A stretch of 64,000 nucleotides of DNA from Flaccisagitta enflata (lineage: Eukaryota), in the NCBI GenBank assembly GCA_965153355.1, contig OZ231126.1:16306001-16370000 (forward strand), in the 5' to 3' direction. Below, piece after piece: positions 1 to 27,615 of this stretch. A program made the position numbers and the translations under genes. The notes beneath the pieces were generated by a model, which searched no databases, had not been told where the DNA came from, and saw only the letters and a program-made list of their open reading frames with translations. Position 1 is the stretch's first letter, and the number at the start of each line of letters is the position of its first letter.

Positions 1-2
1 CC

Positions 3-953
3 GAGGCTTTTGAGTCTTTCGCCCCAACATTTTGCCCGCCGTCTTCGTCCTCGCCCGCTTCATCCTCCTCCTCCTTGTCCTCTTTCTCCTCAAACCTGTC
101 GTCAACATCCAACATCTCGACGGCATTCTCCGGCGATCGCGGGATCTTCCACGGCCTCGACAGCGGCACTCACGAGTCGGTGGTCATCGCGCTCACATTT
201 TCCATGATGCTCAACTCGTCCTCAGTTTTATTCATTTTGTTGGGATTCAAACCGACTTTTAGAAGATCGTTTTTCGCTCTTTGGCAAATGGGCAAAGGGA
301 AAGTGGCAGAGATGTGGAAAAAGTGGCGGGGTGGTGGAATGGAAAGAGGAGGAGAAAGAAGAAGAGGAGGGGGAAGAGGAGGAAGTGGAGGAGGAAGAGA
401 AGAAAGAGGAAGTGGGGGAACAGAAGGGAAAGACAGAAACGCAGAAACTGAAACTAACTCTGACAGTGAAAACGAATCAACATGGAAAGTTAACGTAATA
501 TCTTGCGGTGGAAATGGAAATCTGTCCGAGGAAGAAACATTGAGTATAGAGGATGGAAGGGATGGAAAAACCACTAACGACAAAATTCAGACTGAGTCTA
601 AACGTAAAAGAGCGCTCTCCGCGATTCTAAGACGATTGTCGAGGAGATTCGGATGCTGTGGACGAAGATGGCTAAATTACGGCAACAGCAAACTTCGATC
701 CATGAAAATGACGATGGCAGAATCTGGCGGAGGAAATGCCTACAAAAACTTTGACATTATCGTGGAAGATTTTGACGAAAAAACTGATGAAAAATGTGAC
801 GACGGAAAATTTAAAGACGTTGACGAGGACGACGTCGATGACGTTAGAGATGGCGTCAGCGTCGCAAAGGTCGTTGAACTTGATCATTCAAATGGGTTTT
901 ACGAATTTGATGATAAAAACGTCGGTACTGCGGATAACGTCGAAAAGTTTTAG
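3..953 (+). CDS. Terminal exon (5'-partial) of a divergent 7TM/class A GPCR-like gene: TM7, helix 8 and an acidic C-tail
   Basis: The frame is open from position 3 to TAG at 951-953. Hydrophobic VVIALTFSMMLNSSSVLFILLGF is followed by KPTFRRSF (NS...FR pattern of TM7/helix 8). The same LNSS...F...FR pattern occurs in the GPCR exon at 51903-52119. Confidence 0.6.
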   Translation, partial: EAFESFAPTFCPPSSSSPASSSSSLSSFSSNLSSTSNISTAFSGDRGIFHGLDSGTHESVVIALTFSMMLNSSSVLFILLGFKPTFRRSFFALWQMGKGKVAEMWKKWRGGGMERGGERRRGGGRGGSGGGREERGSGGTEGKDRNAETETNSDSENESTWKVNVISCGGNGNLSEEETLSIEDGRDGKTTNDKIQTESKRKRALSAILRRLSRRFGCCGRRWLNYGNSKLRSMKMTMAESGGGNAYKNFDIIVEDFDEKTDEKCDDGKFKDVDEDDVDDVRDGVSVAKVVELDHSNGFYEFDDKNVGTADNVEKF

Positions 954-2741
954 AGCATTGACGAAATAGCATCTTCAATATGTCTAAGCTTGTAATTTTT
1001 ATATCTCATAGCCTCAATCATGTTGTTCTAGCTGTATCAGTCTTCATATATCATTTGGTCTGCCTTTTTTTCCTCGCAGTATTACGAAAGCATACTTCTT
1101 TACCCCTCTAACCCTATTTTCATAGTAATGTTGGCTGTATCATTTTCAGAAACATCCAAATCCATTTGTTCACTAAACACACAGTCCGCTGATTTTGATG
1201 AAACAATTGGCAGCATTTCAGCGTTTTTATCCATCTACCTATTTTGTTAATTTGTGTTTGTATTTTCTATAAATTATCATATTGTTTACTCATGGATTTT
1301 CTCGAAATTGGGTCAACTTTAGAGGACAATAAATTGATTCATCAGCTTTTATCATTACCCTCCTCCACCCACTCCCCACTGACTAAACAAGGCCGGATAC
1401 ATGGCAATCCAGTCGCAGACGGTTGGGCAGGAGCAGTAATGCAAAAACCGCTCGAAATTCAAAAATGTGACGGACCAACGGACGGACCCACCAACCGACC
1501 GACAGGACTAAAAATGGTTGTTGTAACTGATCTCCAATTTCTGCATACGGTGTATAATGACGAGTAGAACCACCTCTGTTGGACGATGGACGCGCAGATC
1601 ATATTCTAAGCGTTCGAAAAATGTTGTTTATGATACCTGAAGCTCATTCATCATGTTTGTTTTATTTTGATGCGTTATAACAATCCCTCTTTTTTCACAA
1701 ATCATTTTGTTCATATCAAAACAAAACGATGAGAGATTAATCGGGTTTGGTTTCGAGGGAGCATCGAAGTGGAAGAGATTTGGATTTGTATAGGGCAAGC
1801 GCAAATCAGAAATGGCCAGTCTAAGCCATCCGTGGATTCGCACGACTGTTTCAGTCCATATACCGCCGCAGATACTGTGCTGTCGCGTACCTCAGTCCCC
1901 GGCTGTTTAATTATCCCGTGAGAACTGCCGCTTTATATCAGGGCTCCAGGAGATGAGAAACATTTATTAGTTAGTGCTGCCATTCTGGACTTTGCGGGCG
2001 GTCGAAAAGGAATAAAATTGTTTGGACAACTACTATCTTCGCCGAAAGAAAGGCAATACCTGCTTTTGATTTAACGATACCTTAACTTTTGAAACAGTTT
2101 AAAATGAAATAGAAGAAGATACAATAAATGATTTACATAAAGAAATCTGCAAAATAAGTGCAAGTGGGTTTCTGTTGCCGAGACAGTTTATAAATTGCAA
2201 GAAAAAGGCTACAGTTTTCTTCAAAAGAATGGAAAAAATGTTGTTATGGGAAAAACAATTTTTCTTCTTGAGATATTCCTACTTGTAGAGTCTAATTCAG
2301 ACAAGCAAAAAAAAAAAGTGAAAATTTGAAGCTAAACCCCCTCCTACTGCAGGGCTGTAATCATGGTAAAAAAAAACGATTTTTTATTTTCACAAGTGTC
2401 ATGATTTGGTTAGCATTTGGTTTAAAAACCAAATCATTCTCTAGATGCCACGTTTCTCTCGGCGAAGATAGTAGAAAGGTCAAAAGAGTCAGAAGGAAGT
2501 CAAGGGTAGAGGTGGAGTTGGGATGAGATTCAAACCACAAAGCTCGTGAGAGTTCGTAGCTCCGGTGGTAATGATGGCAGAGGTAGAAGTTGTGGTTCGG
2601 TAGCAGAAACACAGTGACGAAGTCGCGTAGGCGCTGACGTGTGTGTAAAACATCGAAACATCAATATAACTGCCACTAGGGATGGTTGTTTTGATTCTAC
2701 CCTCATATCGCGATGAAGGAACATAATTCTCGTTCTTCCCT

Positions 2742-2803
<62 letters not shown>

Positions 2804-3003
2804 TTTCTCTTTTTAGTTGCTGGCCATGCGACTCTTTAAGAGGCTGTGAAGGAAGTAGGTCGGTAACGCGATGATGCGAAATCTGCTTTAAATACTGATT
2901 TCAGCGCATCACGGCCCCTGCTCAGCCTCATTACAGCCCCGCCCACCTTCAGACAGCCCCTGCCCACCCCTATTTCTTCCCCTACCCAACCGCCAGCGAC
3001 TCC

Positions 3004-4263
3004 TTTTTGGGCAGCGGCCCCAAAGGGCCGATGCCTGTAGGACACAGGGGTGAATTTCCAGACATCTGTACGTACAGTGCACTATTACCAATAAGAAATA
3101 ACATGGGAAATTGACAAAATACAAGCTTCCCATTGGATAACATAGAAAACTTACAAACAGGTCGCCCAAGGGCAATATGTGGTCAGCGATACCCGTTGCC
3201 CTGCTGTTGATTATGAATTTAAGTGAGGGGAAGCAGGGCAGCGGCCCCGCAGGGGACGAAGTCCTGTAGAACACAGGGGGACTTCCATTCATCCGTTCGT
3301 TCATCCATCCGTCCATCCATCCGTTTGCGCTGAATCTAGGTCTAAGAGGACTGATGTAAGGCCAGAAAGCCAGTTGGGGGCTTGAATGGGCTGACTTGAG
3401 GCTTAAAAGAGCTGGATTAAGGCTTGAAAGACCATTGAGAACTGACTTGAGGATCAGATAGCTGATTTGAGGCTTGAGAGGCCTAACTTGAGGCAAGAGG
3501 TTATATTTGAGGCCTGAGAGGCCAGATTTAAGGCCTGAGAGGCCAGATTTGAGGCCCCAGAGGCCAGATTGGAGGCCTGAGAGGCCATATAAGAGGCCTG
3601 AGAGGCCAAATTTGAGGCCGATGAGGCCAGATTTGAGGCCTGAAAGACCAGATTGGAGGCCTGAGAGGCCAGATTTAAGGCCTGAGAGGTCTAATTTGAG
3701 GCCTGAGAGGCCAGATTTGAAGCCTGAGGGGTCTGAGGGAGGGGGGGGATGGACGGACAGACGGATGGATGGACATACGGACGGACGGACAGACGGACAG
3801 ACAGACAGACGGACAGACGGACGGACGGATGGACGGATGGACGGACGGACGGACGGACGGACGGACAGACGGACGGACGAACGGACAAACGAAAGTCCCT
3901 CTGTGTTCTACAGGACTTCATCCCCTTTGGGGCCGCTGCCCAAAAAGAGAAAAATTGCATGATTCCCATTGAATAACATAGAAAATTATTAAGAAAAATG
4001 TTAAATTCCCATTGAATAACATGGTAAATTGACAAGAAATTGAAAAGATGCAAAATTCCTCTTGAATAACGTAGAAAGTTGCCTCAAATATGCCCTCTTA
4101 GGACGTCTGGTAATTCACCCTTGTGTCCTACAGGACATCGGCCCATTGAGGCTGCTGCCCTGCTCTCACTCCAATTCTTCAGCTAATCACTCCAAGCAGG
4201 GCATCGGGTACCGCTGAACATGTGCGATCCTTGGATGACTTGTTAGCTGTGTATCCGGCCTTG
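3004..4263. mobile_element. Nested Helentron/HINE (DINE-1)-like non-autonomous elements with a 21-bp minisatellite and (GGAC/AGAC)n
   Basis: Short inverted motif TTTTGGGCAGCGGCCCC..CCTGTAGGACACAGGGG / CCCCTGTGTYCTACAGGAC..GGGGCCGCTGCCC, an internal TTGAGGCCTGAGAGGCCAGAT array, a GTCY-type microsatellite, T-rich ends and no TSD. Related copies at ~8570-9346, 14546-15096, 45060-46300 and 50668-51366. The class is inferred from architecture only. Confidence 0.55.
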
Positions 4264-4599
4264 TTCACTGATTAGTCGGGCGCTATGTGACTCTACAGTC
4301 TTAATCCCGCTTTGTCGGTCCATCCCTCCCTTGGTCTACCACAACTTGCTTTTTTGACGATTTTGAGTCTTCTGTGTGTTATGAAGGGTTAAAAATGTTC
4401 AAAACTGTTAAAAAGCGCTTTGAGTGAAAAAAAGGTTTAAATGGGTAAAAAATGATTAAAAAGTCTTTGTTCTCAACGTCAACTATTTAACTGGGTCAAA
4501 TAGGATATTTAGGTATTAGCGTCGCGCACGCGACTTACATATGTTGGCCTTGTTTTCTTTCTTTCCACGAGCGCGAGTAAAATGGTGTCCGCGAGACCG

Positions 4600-4704
4600 T
4601 ATAAAAACTTTCGGTTCTCAAAGCAAATCTTCACTTCTTCTTCTTCTCACCGGGCAAAATTTTAAAACAAGCGATCTAAGACGACGTTAACACGATTTTT
4701 TTAG
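4600..4704 (+). promoter_or_regulatory. Candidate TATA/Inr core promoter and non-coding first exon of the GFP-like gene
   Basis: TATAAAA at 4600-4606 and Inr-like TCACTT at 4631-4636. Donor AG|GTAAGC at 4705 and acceptor CCTCGCAG|4950 lead into the exon carrying ATG 5058, which has an in-frame TAA upstream at 5043. Confidence 0.45.
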
Positions 4705-5057
4705 GTAAGCGGGAAGAAAAAGAAATCTCTTTTTTTAAACTACATTTGGAGCCAGGAGGAAGGAAAATGTGGAGATTATGATCATTCGTGATTGAAACAC
4801 CCAGTCTGATGAACGTTGTGCGTCTGATTTGCGTGATGATAAAGATAAATCGATATCACTCGGATTTTAATCGCGAAACGGATTAGTTTTACATGATAAA
4901 ATTACAAATCTCGTTTTTAAATATCTCCACTTCGTTTTCGTCCTCGCAGAAGAATTTCTCAGGCTCTTCGGGAGCGAAATCTCATTGATCCTTATGGAAA
5001 TCGATTTCACTTGAAAGTTTTGTTCTCCGCCGGTGGAAGGACTAAAATAAAGAAGTC

Positions 5058-19859
<14,802 letters not shown>

Positions 19860-20055
19860 TTTGTCTGCTTTACCTGCTTGCCTCATTGTTTGTGTTTTGT
19901 TGTTTAATGTTTGTTCGTTTGTTTGTTTTTCTCTTTTTTTTTTTTCTTTTTTTTTCGTTCGTTCGCTCACTCACTTTCGTTTGAATGCCTGATGTAATCT
20001 TGTAATTTCGCTCGGTCTCTCTGTCTCTCTGTCTGTCTCTCTGTCTCTCTGACTC

Positions 20056-20150
<95 letters not shown>

Positions 20151-20539
20151 CAAGGAATACATTTTGTGTTTGGGAGTATATCTTATGTCACAGTAACCGA
20201 GAACATCTCAACTGTAGGCACTGTCTCTCAAAATCTCTCAAAATCTGTACAAACAAAACGATGGAACCAATCCCACGATTTCTATTCATGGCATGCTCGT
20301 AGTCATCCTGACTTTTATCCACCTTTCTTTCTGTCTGTACGATTGTCTGTCTAACTGCCTGTCTGTCTGTCTTCCTGTTTGTCCGTCCGTCTGTCCGTCT
20401 ATTTGTCTCTCTGTCTCTGTAAATTCTAGTGTTGATTAAATATCCTTTCTTTTTTTTTTGTCTCGCCACTTTACATGAAAAAAAACACAGGTCAAATGGA
20501 AAAGCAACATGGTCAACGTCGCTCACTACTCATCATGAC

Positions 20540-20626
<87 letters not shown>

Positions 20627-22103
20627 CAAATTTGATTGAATTCATTAAGTTTAAACTCCTAATTACCTTCTTTACTGATACTCCCCTTTTTCCCCCTTCA
20701 ATTGGTGGCACACTTGTTCTCAATATCAAAATTTGTACTAACGAATTGATTGTAGATTCGTTTTGATTTTACCTAATCTGCCAACTAGACACATCGTCAA
20801 GACAATGCATTCAAAAAATATTTTAGAATTCAATTGCTCGGAAAAGTAGCATCGTCTCCTCAGTTCTCACTGTCATCAAATTTCACCATTTTTGAATGTT
20901 TACTACTTCTAGTCGAAATTCTTAATGTTGTGTGATTGCTAATAGTAATATGATTTTCGGGTTTGATGGTTATCGTTAACGCTCAATCTTGACAAATACA
21001 AACGTTCAATAATCTTTTTAAGTTTTCTTCATTCCAAAGAGCGTGTCTTTGAGATTGCATTTTATTTCGCGGGCCTTAGCTATAATGGTATAAGAAATTG
21101 TGATTTTGATTTAAGAAAAAACAAGAAACTTGGGGTATTGATATCGTCGCGGAGTGGGGGCAGGGGCTTGCACTCCCCTTCAGATACAGATACCCACACA
21201 CACACCTACACACACACACACACTTGAAAACACGCATGAAGACTCCCAAACTCGAGCGTGATGGATCCACCGACAGATCGACCAAAGCAATGGAAGGAAG
21301 GATTCACAGAGGAAGAAAATATTTTCATACAGCTTTTTTCAAATCCATTTCTGAGGTGCATTTTTAGGTGCGAGAAAGCACCTCTATAACTGGCTGTATC
21401 TGTCGGTCGGTTGGTCGGTCGTGCAACGCATTCGTTCGACGATCAACACGGCGCACCTTATTGGCCTACTTGGCCTTGTTGCAAGATTCACAGCTTTTAG
21501 AAATTGAGGTCAATTGGCCCTGGGATCCAAGGTCAATATTGCTAAGAGAAGCATCCAGATATACTCATGTGTCAATTTTTTTCTTTTTCAAGATAAACGA
21601 GGCCGGGCCAAGACGGTGCGCCCGGCCTTATTAATTCTTAGAGCTATCCCGTGCTCTATCAAACCTATCCCCAGCTCTATCGTACCTATCCCCAGCTCTA
21701 TCAGACCGAACCATAGCTGAATATAATCATGAATGAAATTAGCGACCGACCGACTGACTGACGGACGAACGGACGGACAGAGCCTCTTATAGAGGTGCTT
21801 TGAAATAACAAGGCCAAGTAGGCCAACGATGCGTCCTCTATGAAGGAACGTCTTTTATGAATGAATGTTTTTTTTTATGAATGAATGTCATTTGTGAATG
21901 AATAAATGATTAAATGAATGAATTACTCGATGTATGCTTCTTTTACTGGGTTAGAACCACTTTTATGTTGAAAAAAATGCTTGATCTTGATGTTTTGATG
22001 AATGTGTTACCGACCAACCAACCGACCGCCCAAACGACCAACTGACACAGCCTATTATAGAGATGCAAGGACGCATCTAAGAATACATCCTCATTTAATG
22101 GCT

Positions 22104-23242
22104 CACGCCCCTTTTTAACTGAGGTAGATAGGAAAAAATTCCACAGCATAGCCGCCTATTCAGGGGCACTATTTACATGTAGACGCATGCATCCATGCTA
22201 AAAACAAAAAATTCTGTTGGGAATTTTACGAGAAAATGCCGTAAAATGCCGTATGAACCTGTAAAAATGACATTTTTGTCCATAATGTTAAGTGAAACTT
22301 ACTCAAAACCAGCGGCTCTTGTTAAATAATGCAGATATGGCACTAATGCACATTTGTGCTTATGTTCAATTGATGCCGTCATCATTTGATGTCATTTTTG
22401 CTGAAAATGCCGTAAAATGCCGTAATATGCCGTTTTTCTGGCACTACCCTTTCTTAATGCCTGATATTCACTTGACAACTAAAAGCAAATGGGTATTGAG
22501 GCCTGCGACACACATATTGTTAAGTTTCAAAACAGAGCACAGAAATTCAGTCACATTGCAAAGCCGTAATAGGCGGAAAATTTCCGTAAAATTTCAAAAT
22601 TGGCAGTTTTTTGTATGAATTTGCCAAAAAAAACTGCTCCACTTGTACGATGATGACCATTTTATGATGAAATGACACTAAAATAAATTAATGCAAATAA
22701 GTTTGTGGGCAAATTAACCCAATAAATTATCAAAAACGCCATTTTACGGCAATTTACGACCTGTTACGGTATTTAAAGACGCCCAAAGATCATTGATTTG
22801 TATCAAGCTTCTTACATTTTTGTGTCCTAGGCCTCAATTCACATTTTCTGTCAATTTGCATATGAATGTTGCCTAATTGGAGGATAAAAAAAAGATGATT
22901 TGGCAAAAACCAACTTTTAACGGCATTTTACGACATAAAATGAAGTACATTAATGACGTCATCGCTTGAATCTTTGCATGAATGCGTGTTAGTGTCATAC
23001 AGATATTGTTTGACCTATTGCTGACAAGAGCCGTTGTTTTTGACTGAGTTTAAACCAACAAATTTGTCAAAATTGCTGTTTTAACGGCTTTTTACGGCAT
23101 TTTACGGCATTTTCTCGTAAAAATCCCAACAGAATTTTTTGTCTCAAGCATGGTGATGTACCCCAAGGTGTACTTGGTCAGATAAGACGTGTCACAATGC
23201 TGTGGAATTTTTTCCTACTTGCCTCAATTAGAAAGGGGCGTG
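22104..23242. mobile_element. Non-autonomous Chapaev-like DNA transposon
   Basis: TIRs CACGCCCCTTT...GGAAAAAATTCCACAGCAT / ATGCTGTGGAATTTTTTCC...AAAGGGGCGTG, CAC/GTG termini, a 4-bp flanking duplication GGCT, and AAATGCCGTAAA subterminal repeats. Confidence 0.7.
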
Positions 23243-23549
23243 GGCTTTTCATCATTGATAAAGTAATCCTTGCTGATTATGAGCAGAATCATAAATTATA
23301 TTTAATTTTGACCATTTTTTGTTAACTAATCATTGTCCCAACATTTCAAGAAGCATCGCTCTCGGGTGGCAGACCCTAAGTGGACAAAGTGCTGTCAAAC
23401 CAGAGAGATGAATGGATGGATGGATGCACATGGCAGAAAGACCATCTTATTACCCCTGTCTCCTACAGTACGTTGTTACTTATACCGATATCACTACTGC
23501 TAATTGTGATGCTTCTTGCAATGTTGTGATAGCAGCAAGTAAACAATTG

Positions 23550-23603
23550 TTATTCCATCATGATGTATGCGATGACGCAAATAAACAAGACTTCGATCAA
23601 ATT
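23550..23603 (-). pseudogene. Displaced original 3' coding end of the Ly6 gene (hydrophobic GPI-signal-like tail)
   Basis: Removing the element and one TSD continues the frame as ...SGSMDFT-NLIEVLFICVIAYIMME* (TAA at 23552-23550). Confidence 0.8.
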
Positions 23604-23611
23604 CGTAAAAT

Positions 23612-24801
23612 TAGGGCCGGCAGTAGTTAACTTTAACTAGTTAGTTAACTAGTTAATTTTCCGAAAACGGTAGTAGTTAACTAGACCAAATTAACTAGTT
23701 AAAATAGTTAAAAAACAAAAAAAGTAAGTGTTGAATTGTTAAGTCCTTTGAAACACTCTAAGCTGTTGAAAATAGATTTGTAGGCCTGCTTTTTGTTCAA
23801 AATAGTGCCTGCAATTACATTTGTGCGTCTGTACTCTGCAAGACTGAAGCTTCATGCATCAGTTCAAACTGAAAATGGTCGTGATACAAAAATCACGTCC
23901 TGATAGTGTTTTATGCACCAATATGTGGAATCATCTTAAGATTATGGCAAGTGATCCAGAATGGGTCAGGAACTCAGTCCATATTATCTTTTTGGGCCTT
24001 TCAATGAAACCCATTTCTTCTGCAGACTTTCAATGCTCAAGTAAATGTGTTAAGCCTTTTTTTATCTCATGTAGTATTCTACGTCATTGCATATGGATTT
24101 ATCAATTGCACTAAATTGAATGTTCATAAGTCTATATCTGTTAGTCTATCGGTCTGCAAGCCTGTCTGCCACTCAATCATTCCACATTTAAGTTTTGTTT
24201 TAGTTTTCTGTGAATAACTCATACAACAACTTAGATTATTGAAGCAAAGGACATCAGATATGGGATCACAAGCAAGTATTCATGATTTTTGAACAATTTG
24301 GCTAATTCATTGATCAATTACTCTGTCAAAAAAAAAGGAAATGGTTGTTCAACAACCTCTGCATCCTCAGTTGGGGTAGAAAGAGTCTACAATGCAGCAG
24401 GACTAAGTTTCTAAAGTGATAGTTTCTCTCACTAACAGGAATGTTGATAATCTTTGCTTTCTATGAAATAACTTGTCTTGAAAAATCTATTCTTTTGCTC
24501 TTCGTTTAGTAATAATGGACTAGATGTTTGTCCTGCTTTGATATAAGGTTGATATAATCTTGAAACAATCATTGTTTGCCATTTGAACTAATTTCATGGT
24601 TATTCTGCATTATGCCATCATGATCAAGATAGATTTCAAAAACATTACATGACTTAACTGAGAGATATATGGCTTACCAAAGATTTCACGCTTGAAAACG
24701 ATGGAAGCTGGTTTTAACTACTTTATTAGTTAACTAGGCAAAAAAGTAGTTAGTTAACTATTAACCAGTTAATTTGAAATCCTTAACTACTGCCGGTCCT
24801 A
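23612..24801. mobile_element. Non-autonomous hAT-type element, copy 1 (1190 bp), inserted in the last exon of the Ly6 gene
   Basis: TIR TAGGGCCGGCAGTAGTTAA / TTAACTACTGCCGGTCCTA, perfect 8-bp TSD CGTAAAAT (23604-23611, 24802-24809), and TAGTTAAC subterminal repeats. Confidence 0.9.
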
Positions 24802-25178
24802 CGTAAAATCCATCGACCCCGAAAAATTCATCGTTCGCGTTTCCAGGTCCTTGTTGGAATTGCAGTAATTCGTGGTGCAGGAATATTGGCAAATTATGAG
24901 AGAATTTTCTTGGAGGCAATGGGGTGGTGTATTGTGCAATTGAGGATATAAATCGCCCGTGCAGCCTCTGTCGACCGATGTTAGGTTTCCGTCCCAGAGC
25001 CATAATTTCACGATTTCGCATTTCTGAGCATCGTCTGAGCCGCAATCTTTTTTTTTGGGGGGGGGGGGAAAGGGGGTAGATGTTGGGTTAACTTTACTTT
25101 TTACTAAGTTACTTATTCAATCAATCCTCACTCCTCAATCCAGCATTCCGTTTCTAATTTCTTTCATCGTTTTCATAG

Positions 25179-25246
<68 letters not shown>

Positions 25247-25247
25247 C

Positions 25248-25295
<48 letters not shown>

Positions 25296-25911
25296 TCATC
25301 CGTTCATTCACTCACTCACTCACACTCACTCACTCACTCACTCACTCACTCACTCACTCACTCACTCACTCACTCACTCACTCAATCATTTATTCATTCA
25401 TCCGTTTGTGCCGAAATATGGCTAATCTATTACTACCCTTGTAGTTATTAATCTGTGGCATCCTGATACGGTACCAACAAGGCCGGATACACAGCCACCA
25501 GTTGCGGACAGGTGGGCAGGGGCGGAAATGCGCGTTTTCCCACTTTTCAACTCGAGCGTGATGGACGGACGGACGGACGGACGGACGGACGGACGGACAA
25601 AGCCTCTTAAAGAGTTGCGTGTCCGCAACTAAAAATAACGATGATTAAGTGTTTGAGGAAATCTTTGGGGACCGCTCGGTGCAGCGGTTTAGAATAAGAA
25701 AGGGAAGAAGTTGCGTTCTATGACCTGTTTCGGTCCACACTTCTCGCCGCTGAGAAATGTCGTCGTCAGTGCATCCAGTGTCAGTGCTCTCGCATCCAGC
25801 ATCCCAGCATTTTCGCGCCCACCTGCATTTGACGCATTTCAAACCGGAAACGCCGGCAATGATCGCCAACGCCGTAGTGAATACCAACAGCATCGCAGAT
25901 ATTTGCATCAT
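24799..25911 (-). CDS. Ly6/uPAR (three-finger) domain protein with signal peptide; C-terminus truncated by the transposon
   Basis: Exons 25911-25725 and 25046-24799 (phase 1): MMQISAMLLVFTTALAIIAGVSG LKCVKCRWARKCWDAGCESTDTGCTDDDISQRREVWTET|DCGSDDAQKCEIVKLWLWDGNLTSVDRGCTGDLYPQLHNTPPHCLQENSLIICQYSCTTNYCNSNKDLETRTMNFSGSMDFT*. Shows the LxCxxC start, RGC and CxxxxCN end of the family. Confidence 0.85.
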
Positions 25912-26794
25912 CTTGCTTAAAAGAGAATTAAGGAGAGGTGCCATTAAAACAGGGCTAGATGTACGCTGAATGGAGTCGAAGATGTTCCTCCCTTTTTTCA
26001 CCCAGCAGGGTTCGCACTCACCACGCGACGTTCTTGGTTATTTTCCTTTGAAAAGAATCCTACAAAACACCAACTGATGAAACAGTTATCACCGACAGAG
26101 CTCCGAAATTTCTCATTATGTTCTATTTCATTTTTTTATCAAAATTTGTTCGTGTTGCGTCGTCGTTGTGTCAGTAGGCAGCATCTACAGTTTTTAACAG
26201 GATATTCTTCTCTTATGTTTTGCACCACCCATGATTCCAATGCTACTTTTTTAAGACTACGAGTTAACATGCCGGTCGGTTGATAGTTACATCCATCCGT
26301 ACTAGGTTCGGCAGTAGTTAAGGATTTCAAATTAACTGGTTAATAGTTAACTAACTACTTTTTTGCCTAGTTAACTAATAAAGTAGTTAAAACCAGCTTC
26401 CATCGTTTTCAAGCGTGAAATCTTTGGTAAGCCATATATCTCTCAGTTAAGTCATGTAATGTTTTTGAAATCTATCTTGATCATGATGGCATAATGCAGA
26501 ATAACCATGAAATTAGTTCAAATGGCAAACAATGATTGTTTCAAGATTATATCAACCTTATATCAAAGCAGGACAAACATCTAGTCCATTATTACTAAAC
26601 GAAGAGCAAAAGAATAGATTTTTCAAGACAAGTTATTTCATAGAAAGCAAAGATTATCAACATTCCTGTTAGTGAGAGAAACTATCACTTTAGAAACTTA
26701 GTCCTGCTGCATTGTAGACTCTTTCTACCCCAACTGAGGATGCAGAGGTTGTTGAACAACCATTTCCTTTTTTTTGACAGAGTAATTGATCAAT

Positions 26795-27615
26795 AGCTTG
26801 TACCTAAATGACTAAAAGCAATAAAATCAGAATTCTACATGTAGTTCTTGTTGTGGGGCTGTCTTGGGCTTCTGATGGCATCAATTTTGGTCTGAAAAAT
26901 TTGCATCTTGCTGTCCGCGCCTTACCTTGAATTTTCCTTCAGCTTATGGGAAACCAAAAATTTCAAAGTGCTTAAATCTCTGTTTTGACTGCAGATTTGA
27001 AATCTGCAGAAAAAACTGTTAATTGAAAGTGCTTTCCTTTTTTCAATATTCCTTGGGGATCATAGTCAAAATTCGTCTTAAAGATGTAAAAAAAGGTGAG
27101 TTCGGCGATTTTACATATACAGTTAAACCCCGCAATAACGGATGTCAAGGGACTAACAAATTTTATCCACTATAGGCGGATTTCCCTTATTGCCAACATA
27201 GAAATTAAAAGAAATTGACATAAAGGGACCAAGTTATAAGATCCGTTATAGGCGGATTTCCCTTACTCTTGGATCCGTTATAGCGGGGTTTAACTGTAAA
27301 TAAAAGAGAAAGGTAAGTTTTGCAAACTTTGACACTTATTTTGAGCACCTTCTAGTTGGAATATTGAAAAAAGGAAAGCACTTTCAATTATCAGTTTTTT
27401 CTGCAGATTTCAAATCTGCAGTCAAAACAAAGATTTAAGCACTTTGAAATTTTTGGTTTCCCATAGGCTGAAGGAAAATTCAAGGTAAGGCGCGGACAGC
27501 AAGATGCAATTTTTTCAGACCAAGAGTGATGTCATTGGAAGCCCAAGACAGCCCCACAATAAGAACTACTTGTGGAGCTCTGATTTTATTGTTTATTGTC
27601 ATTTCGGTACAAGCT
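26795..27615. mobile_element. Foldback element with ~250-bp TIRs nested in hAT copy 2
   Basis: AGCTTGTACC...GGTACAAGCT ends and long inverted arms. Flanked by duplicated ATTGATCAAT, which is single in copy 1. TSD length is ambiguous because the site is palindromic. Confidence 0.75.
27120..27296. mobile_element. Tc1/mariner/pogo-type MITE nested in the foldback element
   Basis: TA|CAGTTAAACCCCGC...GCGGGGTTTAACTG|TA. Confidence 0.8.

Noticed and set aside
3507-3962. 21-bp arrays as a CRISPR array, or RPERPDL-repeat ORFs as genes
   Set aside because: The units are head-to-tail without unique spacers, there are no cas genes, the context is eukaryotic, and the arrays lie inside a dispersed repeat family.
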